Positions 11,545 through 24,534 of a stretch of DNA of 64,000 bases are shown one piece after another; positions within the stretch are counted from its first letter, which is position 1; each line of letters starts with the position of its first letter. Made by a program: the position numbers and the translations under genes. Source of the DNA: Octopus vulgaris (lineage: Eukaryota); contig OX597833.1 of assembly GCA_951406725.2 (NCBI GenBank), forward strand, positions 38,006,001-38,070,000. Direction: 5' to 3'. The notes under the pieces are model-generated. The model was given only the letters and a program-made list of their open reading frames with translations, did not search any database and was not told the origin of the DNA.

Positions 11545-11909
11545 TCTCTATATATAAACGGCAGTTTGTCTGTGCGTGTTTCTGTTTGCTTGTACCCTCA
11601 CCCTGACCACGGCTTTCGACCGATTCTGATGAAACTTGACACACACATAGCCCAATGTCATAATTCAAAACTAACGCAGAGAAAATTTTGAAAAGTTCCC
11701 CCACTTCTGAAAAAAATCGATCAATTCGACATGGGGTCGGGAATCAGAAACACGAACCACAAACTGTCTAGGGGACGCAACTCCACCTTTTTTAAATCTC
11801 AAGAAAAAATTTACCATCATTTTTTTCCCATTTTTTTGCTATAACTCTCTAAAAATGCTTTATAGTTATTTCCCTTACAAACCTGAGCAACGCCGGGCGA
11901 TACTGCTAG
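11545..11909 (+). mobile_element. Non-autonomous Helitron
   Basis: 5' TCTCTATATATAAA; 3' GC-rich hairpin CCTGAGCAACGCCGGG followed by CTAG; inserted between A and T within (TA)n. A related degraded copy lies near 8537-8700. Confidence 0.8.
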
Positions 11910-12128
11910 TATATATATATATAAATAGATGAGTGTATTTTACCTTGTTAACAATTAACACGGATAAATAAATAAATAGTTACCAGGGCAGCAAAAATCT
12001 CACAAGTAAAGATGTTGTAACTCCTTGTTTATAAAGCTATTGCTAAGAATTTTCCAAACAATTCTAGATATTACTCTATAATTAATTCACATAAGGTTAG
12101 GATAGGTTTTTCAAACACAAAAAATCTC

Positions 12129-12668
12129 TTGCAAATTATATCTTCTCATAATAACAAACTGTTAAATATTAATACATTTACTAATACTAACATTAATTTA
12201 GCTAATACCATCCAACCCTCTAGAAATATTAATAACAAGGTTATTGTATCTGAAGTCAATTCCAATAGAATTAAATTTATGTCAAGTAACTCTAAGATTA
12301 AAAATTCTATATACCAGTGTATAATCAGTACTCGTAATAAAGTACGATTTTACATTGGAAGCACATCGTTAGAGTTATCTAAAAGAATTTCTATCCATTA
12401 CTCAACATTTAGGGATAGAAATAAACGGAATAGTACCAGTCTCAGCAAACTGATTTGGGATTTAAAAGACCACAATGAACAATTTCATTTAGAATGGTTG
12501 ATCCTCTCAATTTCGATACCATATGACAAAGGCAAGAAATTCTATCTTCTCTGCAATTCTGAGCTATTTTTCATTATTTTTTCTAAAAATACTCTAGTAA
12601 ACACGGTTATAGAACGAGCATACAGATGTAAGCATTGGCAGAAACATACTTTTAGTGCATATAAGTAG
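12129..12668 (+). pseudogene. Penelope GIY-YIG endonuclease C-terminal fragment
   Basis: NSIYQCII...FYIGST...KRISIHYSTF...STSLSKLIWDLK...EWLIL...LCNSELFFI...CKH; no RT domain upstream. Confidence 0.88.
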
Positions 12669-12868
12669 TCTCTATCATTATATATAGTTTAAACTTTAAT
12701 TTCCTTTATATTTAACATTCACTATTAATATCCCTACTCTTTCTGTTAGCTACTTATGACGTTATATCATATAACGTTTTTTTAAACAATATTAATAGCG
12801 TTCTGTCTATCGCTATACGAATCCATCATTTTTTGCTAAAATGTCGTATTGACGAGTTTCGTTTTTTC

Positions 12869-12954
12869 ACTTTCCTGAAGAGAAGATTGCATTGTTTATA
12901 CCTTTTATTCTTTTGAATAGTATCAGTGGAATTTTCGAAACATATGTAGAAAGT
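12869..12954 (+). ncRNA. Type I hammerhead ribozyme (CUGAAGA core)
   Basis: actttc-CTGAAGA-gaagatt...aattttc-GAAA-catatg-TA-gaaagt; 6-bp helix I; palindromic helix III ACATATGT. Confidence 0.88.
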
Positions 12955-13014
12955 AAAAATACTTGTTTAAACCTGCGTTAACTCCATTTTTTATTCATAT
13001 ATATATATACATGC

Positions 13015-13063
<49 letters not shown>

Positions 13064-13609
13064 TACAGGATGTCACCAGTGGTGCAAATAACATGAAATA
13101 CATAAACAACAAGAAAAAAATGTAAAAAAGGACATATACATACAATGTATATATATATATATATGTACATAAAATGTGTATATATGTATATACACACACA
13201 CACACACATATATATATACATAATTTTTATTATTGTATAATGTGTAATGTGTTTATTGAATAAAGTATAAAGTATAATAAACCCATTACACCTTATACAA
13301 TAATAATAATAATAATCATTATAATAGCAGCTGAGAAACCAAGAACCAAAAAACGAATTAAGCGTAATAGAATACCTCTACAATAAAACAAATGGAATAA
13401 TAAACTTTTAATAATAATAAATCTACATAAACATTCAATCTAGCCATGACCTATTTTTAAGACTGTTTCGCTTCACATACCACATTTAGTAGGCGTGAAC
13501 ATTAAGTTTAGATTCCTATGACTTAATAGGAGCACCTCTGCCTCACACAAAACACTTTAGTCATTCAGTTTTTGATTCCTTCAGTTTTACTTCGAATCAG
13601 CTGAGGGCA

Positions 13610-13692
13610 AGGACCCTGATGAAATTGCACCCGGCCATGATGCCAGGTTCCAAAAGTGTGCAGTCACTGCAGTTGAGACACACGTACGTCCT
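13610..13692 (+). ncRNA. Degenerate hammerhead ribozyme
   Basis: aggacc-CTGATGA-aattgca...tgcagtt-GAGA-cacacg-TA-cgtcct; GAAA changed to GAGA and helix I/III mismatches. Confidence 0.6.
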
Positions 13693-14483
13693 GAAAAGAT
13701 GCTGTAAATAACTGTTAAATAAAATTATGGATTTGAAAAATCTCCGTTCTCCTTATCATCATTAATACTATTACTTGCTCTATGGAACATATGCAGTCCT
13801 GAACAGGAAACTTGGATTCACCCAGCAAGGAAAGTTACCAGAGCCTAAAAACTTATTGTTAGTTTGGATACCACATAAGGACTATTGTGTTTAGCTGGCA
13901 TCTGAAACTGACTTGAGAGGAAACACAATCACCACCAAGATAATATATCCCTTTAAACTCATTTTGAAATGTATACATACATATATACACATTATATATA
14001 TATACATACATATATATATATTATATATATACATACATATATACACATTATATATACATACATATACATACATTATATATACATGCATACACATATATAT
14101 ATACAGGCACAAGCATGGCTGTATAGTTAAGAAAATTTCTTCCATGTTCAGTCCTAAGTGTCTCCTACTATAGCCCCAAGTCTAACAAAGCTTTGTGAAT
14201 GGAATTAGTAGAAGCTGAAAGAAGCCCTTTGTATATGTGTGTGTCTGTACACATGTTAATGTGTGTGTGTGTATGTGTATGTTTGTGTGCGCATGTGCAT
14301 GTGTGTGCACACACATGAATTGGTGTCTCCTTGTCTTGAGATCATATGATGGTTGTGGCCTTCAGTGGAAATAGATGAGGACTGGTGACAAGAAGGGCAT
14401 TGGGCTATAAATAGAAAATCTGCCCCGACAAATTCTATCCAACCCATGTAAATATAAGTATACAATAAAACAACAATAATAGG

Positions 14484-15200
14484 CACAGCCATGGCTGCAT
14501 GGTAAGAAGCTTACTTCCCAACCACATGGTAGCAGGTTCAGTCCCACTGCATGACACCCTGGGCAAGTGTCTTCAACTATAGCCTCAGGCTGACCAAAGC
14601 CTTGTGAGTAGATTTTGTAAACAAAATCTGAAAGAAGCCCATTGTATGTATATATATAATAGATTGAATAAAACAGAGTTAACAAGAAGGAGTACAATTA
14701 GACATCTATTTAATAAAAACTACACATTTCGATACAACATATATCCACAGGATTTAAATTAAGTAAGTTTACCTATATAATGGGATCCAGTTGTATCTCC
14801 TCAGGCGATATAGAATTGCTATCCCCATTAGTAAACCTTTGACTTTGATGCTAACACATCCAACTGGCTTGTTTGAATCTAGTAGACGCCAGCTATTTGG
14901 TAATTCTAAGGGTAAACGAGCTCTATTTTGTACTTTACTACATTCCTAAAGGAATACACCTTAAATATATTTATATATATGTATATATCTATCTGTGTGT
15001 TTTTGTGTCTGTGTTTGTCCACCCCACCACCATCACCATTTGACAACCAGTGTTGGTGAGTATGCATTCCAGTAACTTGGCAGTTCAGCAAAACAGACTG
15101 ATAGAATAAGTACCAGTCTCAAAAAATAAGTACTGGGGTTGATTCATTCCCAGCATGGTCACAGTCTAATGACTGAACCAATTGAAAAGAAAAGATAAAA
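14484..15200 (+). mobile_element. Major-family SINE split by a Penelope-like pLTR fragment inserted in its internal TA microsatellite
   Basis: SINE head 14484-14645, tail about 14995-15200; the intervening 14650-14990 contains a minus-strand hammerhead. Confidence 0.78.
14716..14808 (-). ncRNA. Degenerate hammerhead ribozyme
   Basis: Minus strand gc-CTGAGGA-gatacaac...gttgtatc-GAAA-tgtg-TA-gt; perfect 8-bp helix II; helix III looks like CpG-decayed cgcg; helix I is weak. Confidence 0.65.
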
Positions 15201-16740
15201 GATATATATATTGCTGGGGAAGGCCGGTTTATGGGATTACTGAGTTTCCCATCCATAAAAGGCTTAACTTTATGGTGTATTGTCAGACCCAAAAATCTGT
15301 TAACCTAAGACCTCTTCAAAATATGGAGGGGGAAAGACCTCGTTGCAAATGTAAATGAGCGGATTATCTCCCTTCGCTATTGGCTATCAACTATTGAGTT
15401 CCAGCTGTGCTGCCATCATGCAGTCTCCAAAAAGCTACAAAGGTATACAATAGGGGATTATCTCCCTTCGCCATTAGCTATCAATTTCCAGCAGTGTCGC
15501 CATCTTGCGGATTCCAAAACACTAGTAGGAATTTCCTAAAATTTGCATCCTTAACTCCAGAACAGAGATTTTCAGGCCATGTTTGCAATCCATTGGCACC
15601 AATACCAGCAGCTCCAGCATCAACAGCAGCAACAACAGCCATCCAAGAATTTGGACCTGGAGATCTCAATTTCCAGCGACTTCGAGGGCCACCTCCCAGC
15701 AGTGTTGGGCATCAATGCAGAGCCCTTGACTACAACAAGACGACCAAAGTTTTTTTTTTCCAAGGTCTGGGGTCTCCCGCCCCTAAGCCCTAGACCATCA
15801 CCTAATCACCCTTACCGGTCTTGTTGCTTAACAACAACAACAACAACAGCAGCAACAACAACAGCACCATCAGTGACAGCAACAACAACAGCAACAGTAA
15901 CAGGTGAAGCACCAATATCACGTGCCCATCAGAAGAATTACAGTGGGATTGCTCACACTAAGTGATCTTTGATGTTTCTCACTACTTGATGTGGTTAGCC
16001 ATAATCTATACTATATGTGAGAGCTTACACATTACCCACCTGGGTAATCTATCCTTATGTATACATTATATATATATATATATATAATATGATGAGTATA
16101 TAGGGATGGATTACTCAGGCAGTACTGTAAGAGCTCTCATGTATAGTCTAGATTACGTGAGAGCTTTAGCAGTATCCACCTGGGTAATCTATGCCTGTAC
16201 ACTCATCATATTATATGTGTGTGTATGTGTATATATATATATATATACACACATATAATGTGTGTGTCTGTGTGTGTGTATATACACACTCACAGTATAA
16301 AATTGTGTGATTTTCCTGAAATAAAGGGGGCTGAAATATATAATGCTATAAAAAGAAACTGCATAAATGAATAAAACATGGGAGGAAGAGATGACAAAAC
16401 AGGTTTAAAATAGGTGGAACTGAAATAAAACTGGAAAATTTTTTTTTTAAATTAGCTTTTATGATTTGGGATTTAAAAAGTAGTTTGTCCACATTACATG
16501 AATGAAATAAATAAAAAACGTCATCACAAACACTAATGCTTAACAGTGTTAAAACCTTTTAAAGTGTGATTGCTTTTATCCTGATTTACCATGCAACATA
16601 GAAATTATATTTACAGACTTGAAATCATGCATGAAACAATCGTAGTAATGGTCTTGTGAATTATATGTGTGTGTGTGTGTGTGTGTGTATACACACACAA
16701 GTTCATGCATTCATTATCACAACACAATGGGGTTTTTTGG

Positions 16741-16830
16741 AGAGGAGGAGGAGGAGGAGGAGGAGGAGGAGGAGGAGGAGGAGGAGGAGGAGGAGGAAGG
16801 AGGAGGAGGAGAGGGAGGAAGAGGAGGGGG
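16741..16830 (+). repeat. (GGA)n polypurine microsatellite
   Basis: Read directly. Confidence 0.95.
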
Positions 16831-17294
16831 TAATTTGAAATGTATTGTAAGATATTCATAGCCAACTTGATTTGTTTGATTTACATAACAGAGCATGCAT
16901 TAACAATGTAGTTTTTTTTTTCCAGCAGAGTCTTTTAGATAATTTAAAATGAAATACAAAAAGGTGTGACTCTATTTTTTTTTCTTTTCCTTTTTGATAA
17001 GCATTCATAACAGTTTGATAAGTATTTGCTGTGTTAACACCACAGATTTTTATCTCTCTATGGAGAAGAGGATCAATATGTGAGATCAATCTAAGTGGTT
17101 TCTAGTCTTCTTAGACCTTTATCAGAGAAAGAATATCCATCTTCTGTCCTCAGAGAGATTTATAGTTTATTGCTTAGACAAACTCAAATCACAGCTAAAC
17201 TTGTCCAACTAAATTGGAAAAGAGTACATGCACTGACAATATGGTTAATTAAAATAATTAATAATATACTAGACATTTTTTTTATTGCTATTTC

Positions 17295-17712
17295 TTTTAT
17301 CTTTTGCTTGTTTCAGTCACTAGACAACAGCCATGCTGGGGTGCCAATTTGAAAGGTTTAATCAAACAAATTAACCCCAATACTTTTCTTAAGTTTGGTA
17401 CTTATTCTATCAGACTACTTTGACAAACTGCTAGGTTACAGGGACATAAACAAACCAAAACCAGTTGTCAAGTGGCAGTAGAAGAAAAATACAACACAAA
17501 CACAAAGACACACGCACGTAGTTACATACATAAATATGTATGTGTACAATGGGCTTTTTCAATTTCCTTCTACCAAATCCACTCACAAGCCTTTGGTTGG
17601 CCTGGTTGGGGTTACAGTAGATGCTTGCCCAAGGTGCTGTGTAGTAGGACTGAACCCAAGACCATATGGTCAGGAAGCACGTTTCTTAACAACACAACCA
17701 TACAATGTGCCT
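17295..17712 (-). mobile_element. Major-family SINE, diverged
   Basis: Similar to 42920-43436. Confidence 0.75.
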
Positions 17713-17831
17713 GTTGATAATTTGAAGTGTAATGTAAGGGGGGAGGGTTGTTTTGGTTTTTTTTTCTTCTTTGATAAATAAACAATTTTATTGTTGTATT
17801 TCAATTTTTTTTTTTTTGGTTTCTTGCCATA

Positions 17832-18132
17832 CACTATATGTTTTTTTTTCTTCACTTATTTATTACTGTTCTTATTTTATCATTCTAACTCATGTCCATT
17901 GTCTGAAAATCTTTCATCATACATCTGTGACCTCTGAAGAACAGAATGTGACCTCTGAAGAACAGAATGGAGTAAGTAAGAACAGAATGGAGTGTGTTTT
18001 CTTATAAACGAAAACAAAAAGTGTCGTTGAAGAGGTCACAGATGTATGACGAAAGATTTCTGGACAATGGACATGAATTAGAATAATAAAATAGAAACAG
18101 TAATAAACGAGTGAAGAGAAAAATATATAGTG
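17832..18132. repeat. Inverted repeat with arms of about 100 bp, from a dispersed repeat family
   Basis: 17832-17934 is the approximate reverse complement of 18031-18132. The same family occurs near 32250-32395, 41300-41520 and 49095-49140. Confidence 0.85.
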
Positions 18133-18674
18133 CATGTGCTCATTTGGGAAAAAGAAAAAAAATGACCATCCCCGAAATACAACAATATCTGTTTCAACAC
18201 ATGATTTCACATCAGGAATCTTACAAAACAAATAGATAAACAATTTTAGTTTGGCTGTAGAAACAAAATAAACTAAATGTTAACACTATGGATGTTTATC
18301 TCTCTCTATAAGCAGAAAAAAATGGGATCAATCTGAATAGTTTCAAGTCTCCTTCCACTTTCACCAAACAAACAGTACCCATATGCTGTACAGAGACGGA
18401 GATCAATTAATCAAACTGTATACGTTATACAAATATCTATACGCTTTTAACCTCTCCATGGACGTAAGATGAGTATTCAAAATGAGAGTGAATGGATATA
18501 AATTCCACATTTTCTACACACACAGATATAAAAACTTGTGGTGTGACCAGTTTGTTTGATCTAAACAGCAAGGCTAAAACAATATGTTTATCAACAAAAT
18601 ATACCACACAATGCATTTCATATACTCACACACACATAAATATACATATATCCATTGTATATATACATATATGC

Positions 18675-18707
<33 letters not shown>

Positions 18708-18727
18708 TATGTACATACATACATGTA

Positions 18728-18799
<72 letters not shown>

Positions 18800-20824
18800 A
18801 ACATGCAAGCATGCATGCTCATACATACATGCATCCATCCATCCATCCATCCATACATCCATACATACATACATACAGTGAGTATGCCCTTAAGAATAGA
18901 ATTACTATATGTTACAATTTAGCTGTATTGCAATGAGTTTTAAGCAATGAATTCAAAATGAATTATCCAAACAGTACTTTGTAAGGAGATGCACATAAGC
19001 CAAGAGACTCTTAAAGCAACTTATGTATGAAAGAAACAAGGTGAACTGATCTTTATATGGATGGTAAGCTTATCTTTATACGATAAGCTTGTCTTTATAA
19101 GCTGGTCTGTATATGATAAGCTTGTACAACACCATATAACATAAATACTACATGTTTAAATACAGTTATAATATATAGATACATATATGTATGACAGAGG
19201 ACATTCAAGAGATGTAGGTATGGTGAAGAAGTATTTTAGTAGCACAGCTTGGGAATAAAGACTTGATTGGAAAGCAATAGCATGAGAGAAGGCAAACAAA
19301 AAAAAACAACAAAACTCACACAATACGTCTGTGGTTATGGTCACATTTATGAGGGTATCTGTAAGAGGATGGAGTTATTAAACAGATAAGAAGTGGATTG
19401 AGCAAAAAACAACCAAAAATAATCAAAAACAACAAATCAAGAGATGGTTATTAAACACAGCAAACATGAAAATTAGAACAAAAATTAATATGTATGTATG
19501 TATGTATATAATCTAAACATTATTTGATCCATTTACGAAGGTATGTGAATGATTTAGAAATATTTTTATCGGCAGTGCAGCAACAGGTATTGAACTAGTT
19601 TAGAATAAATTTGGAGTAGCTACCAAAGTATGTATATAGATATATATGTATGTATATATTATAGACAAGTGTGTGTGTGTGTGTGTGTGTGCGTGCCTGT
19701 ATGTATGTATACACATGTGGTATTATAATGTTGTTAGTAAAATATCAAAGCAGAGAGTAAACAATAAACATGGCCTCAGAGCGTGCACAATTAGATAACA
19801 TTATTAACAAGAGCAGTAATGTGTGTGTGTGTGTGTATGGATGGTTATGTATGCATGTTAAAATTTATGCAAATAGCCACAGCAGTAGCAACTACAACAA
19901 CAACAGTAACAACATGAGATTTGAATATCCAGAATCATTTACATGAAGATTTGATAGATTCAAATTAAAGCCTCATTAAAAACATCATTTCATTAAATTT
20001 ATCATCGTAATCCATTTAAAAACAACATTATGATTATCATCAAAACAGACATCATCATTATCATCATCAAAATCACCAGCATTGTTTCCAAGCTCATATT
20101 TTTTATGCATATGGATTAGATGGAAACAATTGATCCTGAATTAATAGAGCCACAATCTATTGTGTTAATTCTTATGGTAACACATTTATTTACTAGATAT
20201 TTAAATCTATAAACGCTGCATAACAGAACAGAACCACAATGAACCAACAAAACAAAAATATATTTAAACAATAAACAATTCAACAATCAAAAAAGCAATT
20301 AGTATCTGAACATGTAAATGTAAGTTTTTTTCAAATTTTAATTTATTCAGAGAAAGATGGGGGAGGGCAGAACCCATAAGTTTCACAGACCCTCCCAAAG
20401 AAAGATGTGGGAGATGAGGGAAGCGTTCATAAACTTTGCAGGGTCTTTCAAATAAAGAAGTGGTGGGAGAGAGGTAATACTCATGAACTGAGCAGGTCCT
20501 CCCAGAGAAGGATGGAGCGGTGAAGTACTAAACATAACAGGTTGTTTCAAATTGATGTGGTCAATATGGTTTATTTTCAGCTCAAACTTCTCTAGGTTGA
20601 TTTCTGTATGGGAAACAAGAACAGACATTTTTGGAAGAAAATTTGTGGAAAGAGTTTTTGTACAGGTTTTGTGAGCGTGAGATTCAATAGAGATGACAAG
20701 AGAAAATAAGTTTGGTGTATCAGTATCAGACAGATTTGCAGCTGGTCAGCTGCCATTGTTTCAAAATTTGCAATTACAATTACAAAGCCTCTTCTTGAGA
20801 TCAAGAATGATTGGCCGGCACAGA

Positions 20825-20903
20825 CTGAAAAATACTAATATTGCATAAACAACTCACTGAAAAATACTAATATTGCATAAACAACTCACTGAAAAATACT
20901 AAT
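20825..20903 (+). repeat. 32-bp tandem repeat, about 2.5 copies
   Basis: ACTGAAAAATACTAATATTGCATAAACAACTC repeated. Confidence 0.9.
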
Positions 20904-21639
20904 AAAATAGACCCTTGTTAAACCATACTCTGTTATTCTAGTTATTAGATAAACCATACAATGTCTGAATTAAAAGGGTGATTGTCAGTGTGGATTTTCA
21001 TAGCCATCTTTGAGTACCAGAGTTATAGGAGGCCTTATTCTGAGTGTGCTTGCTGAATACTGTACACCACCAAAGATGGTAAATCCTTTCTCCTATAGAC
21101 ACAAGGCTTGAAATTTTGGATGGACAGAGTAAGTTGATTACATTAACCCCAGCACTCGCCTGGTACTTATTTCATTGACCCTGAAAGTATGAATGACAAA
21201 GTCAACCTCAGTGGCATTTGAACACGGAACTAAGCATTTTGTCCAGCAAGCTAATGATTCAACCAGCTAACTGCCTTATAATCAAAGATCATAATGGGAA
21301 CTAATTTTTCTGTTCCATGTTTTAAAATATTGCAGCAGTTGTTCTGGGATAGCACTGCACACCTCACAACTGAATGCATTCTGATTTATAATAGGTAAAT
21401 GGCAAAGTAATTGCAAAGTAACAAAAATAAAACTGAAGATGAATAACATTTTACCAATTCACATCCTACTTTGCAGTCCTTTCATCCACTTCTCTAAGAA
21501 ATAGATTTTCTTTGTAGCACTCTGCACTTCCCTCTAACTAGTGAGCCTCCTAACACAACTACTCTTTGAATTCATTTGTCCTTCCTCTTTGTGTGCTTCT
21601 ATCTACACCATTGCTTCAAGGGAGAATAATAATCCAAAG

Positions 21640-22070
21640 AAGCATGTAGCCCTTTCTGTGAACTAGAAATAACTACAGGCTGATGTTTCAATGGTGAGCA
21701 TCTATGAAAGGTATGATGTTAATAAGCAAGCAGTTTCAGAATAACAACAAACCCACTGTACATTCTTTGAAATGAATGCGGATGCAAATTCTAAAGCATT
21801 GTCTATTGGAGCAAGGAAGTATACAATAGTTACAGAAGATACAAATCTTAAGGAGGCAGTGAAGTAGTAGTTTATCCATCAGTGAAGCTGTAGTAACAAC
21901 ACCCATGATATAGAAACCTGAAGTACTGTTGCCAAGATAGCAAGATATACAGGCATATAGAAATAGGAAGTTACAGATAGTTGACTGAGGTAATTTAGAA
22001 AATGCCAAGGAATGAGGAAGAAAACTAACCATGATGAAGCAGGCAGCACACCATTCAGGAAGTGGTTACA
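21640..22070 (+). pseudogene. pogo/Tigger transposase N-terminal (CENP-B-type HTH) relic
   Basis: Stop-riddled frame DTNLKEAVK**FIHQ*SCS...AKIARYTGI*K*EVTDS*LR*FRKCQGMRKKTNHDEAGS resembles the Tigger pattern WF.QQR...S.GWL.RF.KRHG...HGEA.S. Confidence 0.65.
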
Positions 22071-23129
22071 GTAAGTGTGAATGGTTCCTAATTTCCCAAG
22101 TGTATTATGAGGTTGTATTGATAGCAATTATCTTGAAATACCCAAAATTTTAAGAATGAAGTCACTATATCTGGCAGTAAATTCATTACCCCTTTAATAT
22201 TCAGATTATCTTATCAAATATAATGTTTATTTATTTACAGCATTTTGCATTAATCCTGCATTAGCTCACAGCTTTGAGATTTCAGTGATGAGACAAATAA
22301 TATATTTTTGTAATGACATTCTAGTGTAGGCATGAGAGGTCAGTACCAGCCAGTTTGAACATAAATAAGACAAGTAGAATGTTTGAGCCAGATATGGCTG
22401 ATTTAAAAGCTAAATAGTTAAGGGATATTTTTCAGTGTTGTATTGTGTGAAAGCAGACAGTGAGCACTTTTTGAGAGGTCAGCACAGCTGTGTGTTTTCA
22501 AACACATAATGTACCTACTACCAGTACATTGTTACCATTCCAAGAAATGTGATTCAAGATGCTTAACTTTAATGACTGGTTTTCTTTGCAGTTTTTTCCT
22601 GCAATGTGTAAATAACAAAACAAAGAAAAACATACTCAAAATTTTCTGTTGATGAAATGAAGGTGTTACTAATTTTGGACAACATGTTTAATAAAATAAA
22701 TTGGCACTTGTTCTTGCCTTTGAAGGTAACTCCATAATCTAACCAATGGATGAAGTTATAATTGTAAGAGATTATACCAATGAAGATATTTCAATGAGGT
22801 TTGTGTGGTGATAGAAAAGGATGAGCTTAAGAAAGATACACAAGGACAAATAACTCTCAGTAACATCAAAACTACAGCCTCAAGTCTGCAATACTGAACT
22901 TAGCAGCTTCAAGGAAGGCAGTGAAGACAACTAGTATAGGTAATACTCTAAGAAAATGAGGACAAGCAATTACATATCTCGTGGTTGCTGTTGCTTTTTT
23001 TTTTGAGTGCTTTTCTTTTTTCCAATATGGATATGACAAATCCATTTGGTGAGTAAATAAGCTACTTTAGACAGTTTATAGTTGAAAATTCTTCAGAAAA
23101 TATCAATGGAAGTATCATCAGTTCTGATC

Positions 23130-23460
23130 ATTTATAAATACTGCAAAAGGTTGCAACAGAATGTTATACTTCTCTGACACAAAGATTGCATTTTCTGATG
23201 CTATTAATATAAGGGGCCACGTGTTCTATGATGGACTGATCAATTTTTTTGCAATTACTAAGATCGTCATTCTTTAAATTCCAGATACATTCAGGGAATG
23301 ATGTAGAGAGGTGTCTTTCTGAGAGTCTGAATATATACAAATCTTGCAAGAATTTTTTAAAAAGTAATTTTCAGTAAGCCCTAAATAACGTTTTGTTGCA
23401 TTGTCAACTGCAAGAGATTTCAGCTCAATAAACTAATGCTTCAGAAAGACTTGTCACTGA
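23130..23460 (-). pseudogene. Degenerate Penelope GIY-YIG fragment
   Basis: Minus remnants ALVY...KRYLGLTEN...STSFPECIWNLK...PYINSIRKCNLCVRE. Confidence 0.7.
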
Positions 23461-24534
23461 GAATTACAATTAGATGCACACACATACATATAGATACTGG
23501 CATATATGCACACATATAACCTGTCACCTGCATTAACATATATAAAGATATATGCACAAACACTTGTATACACATGCATGCACACACATATATCACAGTT
23601 TATCAATTTAACATCTACTTTTTCATGCTAGCATGGGTCAGATGAAATTTGTTGGTGCAGATTTCTTACAGCTAGATGCTTTCCTGTTGCCAACACTCAT
23701 CTGTTTCCAAGCAAAGTAATATTTCTCTATGGCTGGACATGTTTCTCCAGGAGACTGTGTGAGGTCAAGACAAAGGGATACAAATACACACATACACATT
23801 TGCACACCACAACAGAATGGAGATCCTAAAACCAAAGTGTCACATAAAAAGCATTGGTGGGGGTGCTGGTGCTATGTAAAAAAACACTATGTAAAAGCAC
23901 TATATAAAAAGCATTAGGAACAGCATCCAACCATAGAAACCAAGCCAAAACAGACTATGGAAACAGGTATGGCCCCTAGCCTTGCCAGTTCCTGTCAAGC
24001 CATCCAACCCATGCAAGCATGGAAAATGGACAAAATATGCTGATGATGATGATGATTGATGATATACACACACAACACATGACAAGCTTCTTTCAATTTC
24101 CATCTGCCAAATCAATTCATAAGGCTTTAGTTAGCCCAGGGCTATAGTAGAAGACACTAACCCAAGGTGCCATGCTGTGAGACTGAACCTGAAATTACAT
24201 AACTGCGAAGTGAACTTCTTAACCATACAGCTATGCTTATGCTTATCACCATCATCCACATCATCAGTTTAATGTTCACCTTTACATGTTTTCACTTTAT
24301 TCAATTCTAATACGGCTTCAGCAACCATTTCTAACAACCATTCATCCTGCATCAAATCAGTGCATCAGCTCATGTAATACCATGTAATAACTGCTCTCTT
24401 CTTCCTTTGGTTAGTCCAGGGCTATATCCAGAAGACAATTACCCAAAGTGCTATGCTGTGGGACTGAATCTGAAATAAAATTCAGCCTTTCCAGGTTTTC
24501 GACTATATACTAAATGAACAGCAAATGTAAACTA

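Larger units (their letters stand above)
11925..12996 (+). mobile_element. 5'-truncated Penelope-like element: GIY-YIG endonuclease domain plus hammerhead-bearing pLTR
   Basis: ORF 12129-12668, downstream hammerhead 12869-12954, (TA)n on both sides. Confidence 0.88.

Noticed and set aside
11626-11635. CTGATGAAAC as a hammerhead core
   Set aside because: No helix II between CTGATGA and a GAAA, and no helix I; it is part of the Helitron body.
15579-15965. Gln/Thr-rich ORF as a host exon
   Set aside because: Built from CAA/CAG microsatellites within repeat-like DNA; no convincing splice sites or recognisable domain.
16611-16865. Poly-Pro, poly-Glu and poly-Arg ORFs
   Set aside because: Translations of the (GGA)n microsatellite.
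18180-18230. Minus-strand CTGATGTGA...GAAAC as another hammerhead
   Set aside because: Core spacing is wrong, helices I and III do not form, and sister copies (about 41330 and 49100) lack the CTGA motif.
20383-20820. Possible coding relic on the minus strand
   Set aside because: No motif I could recognise in any frame; left unassigned.
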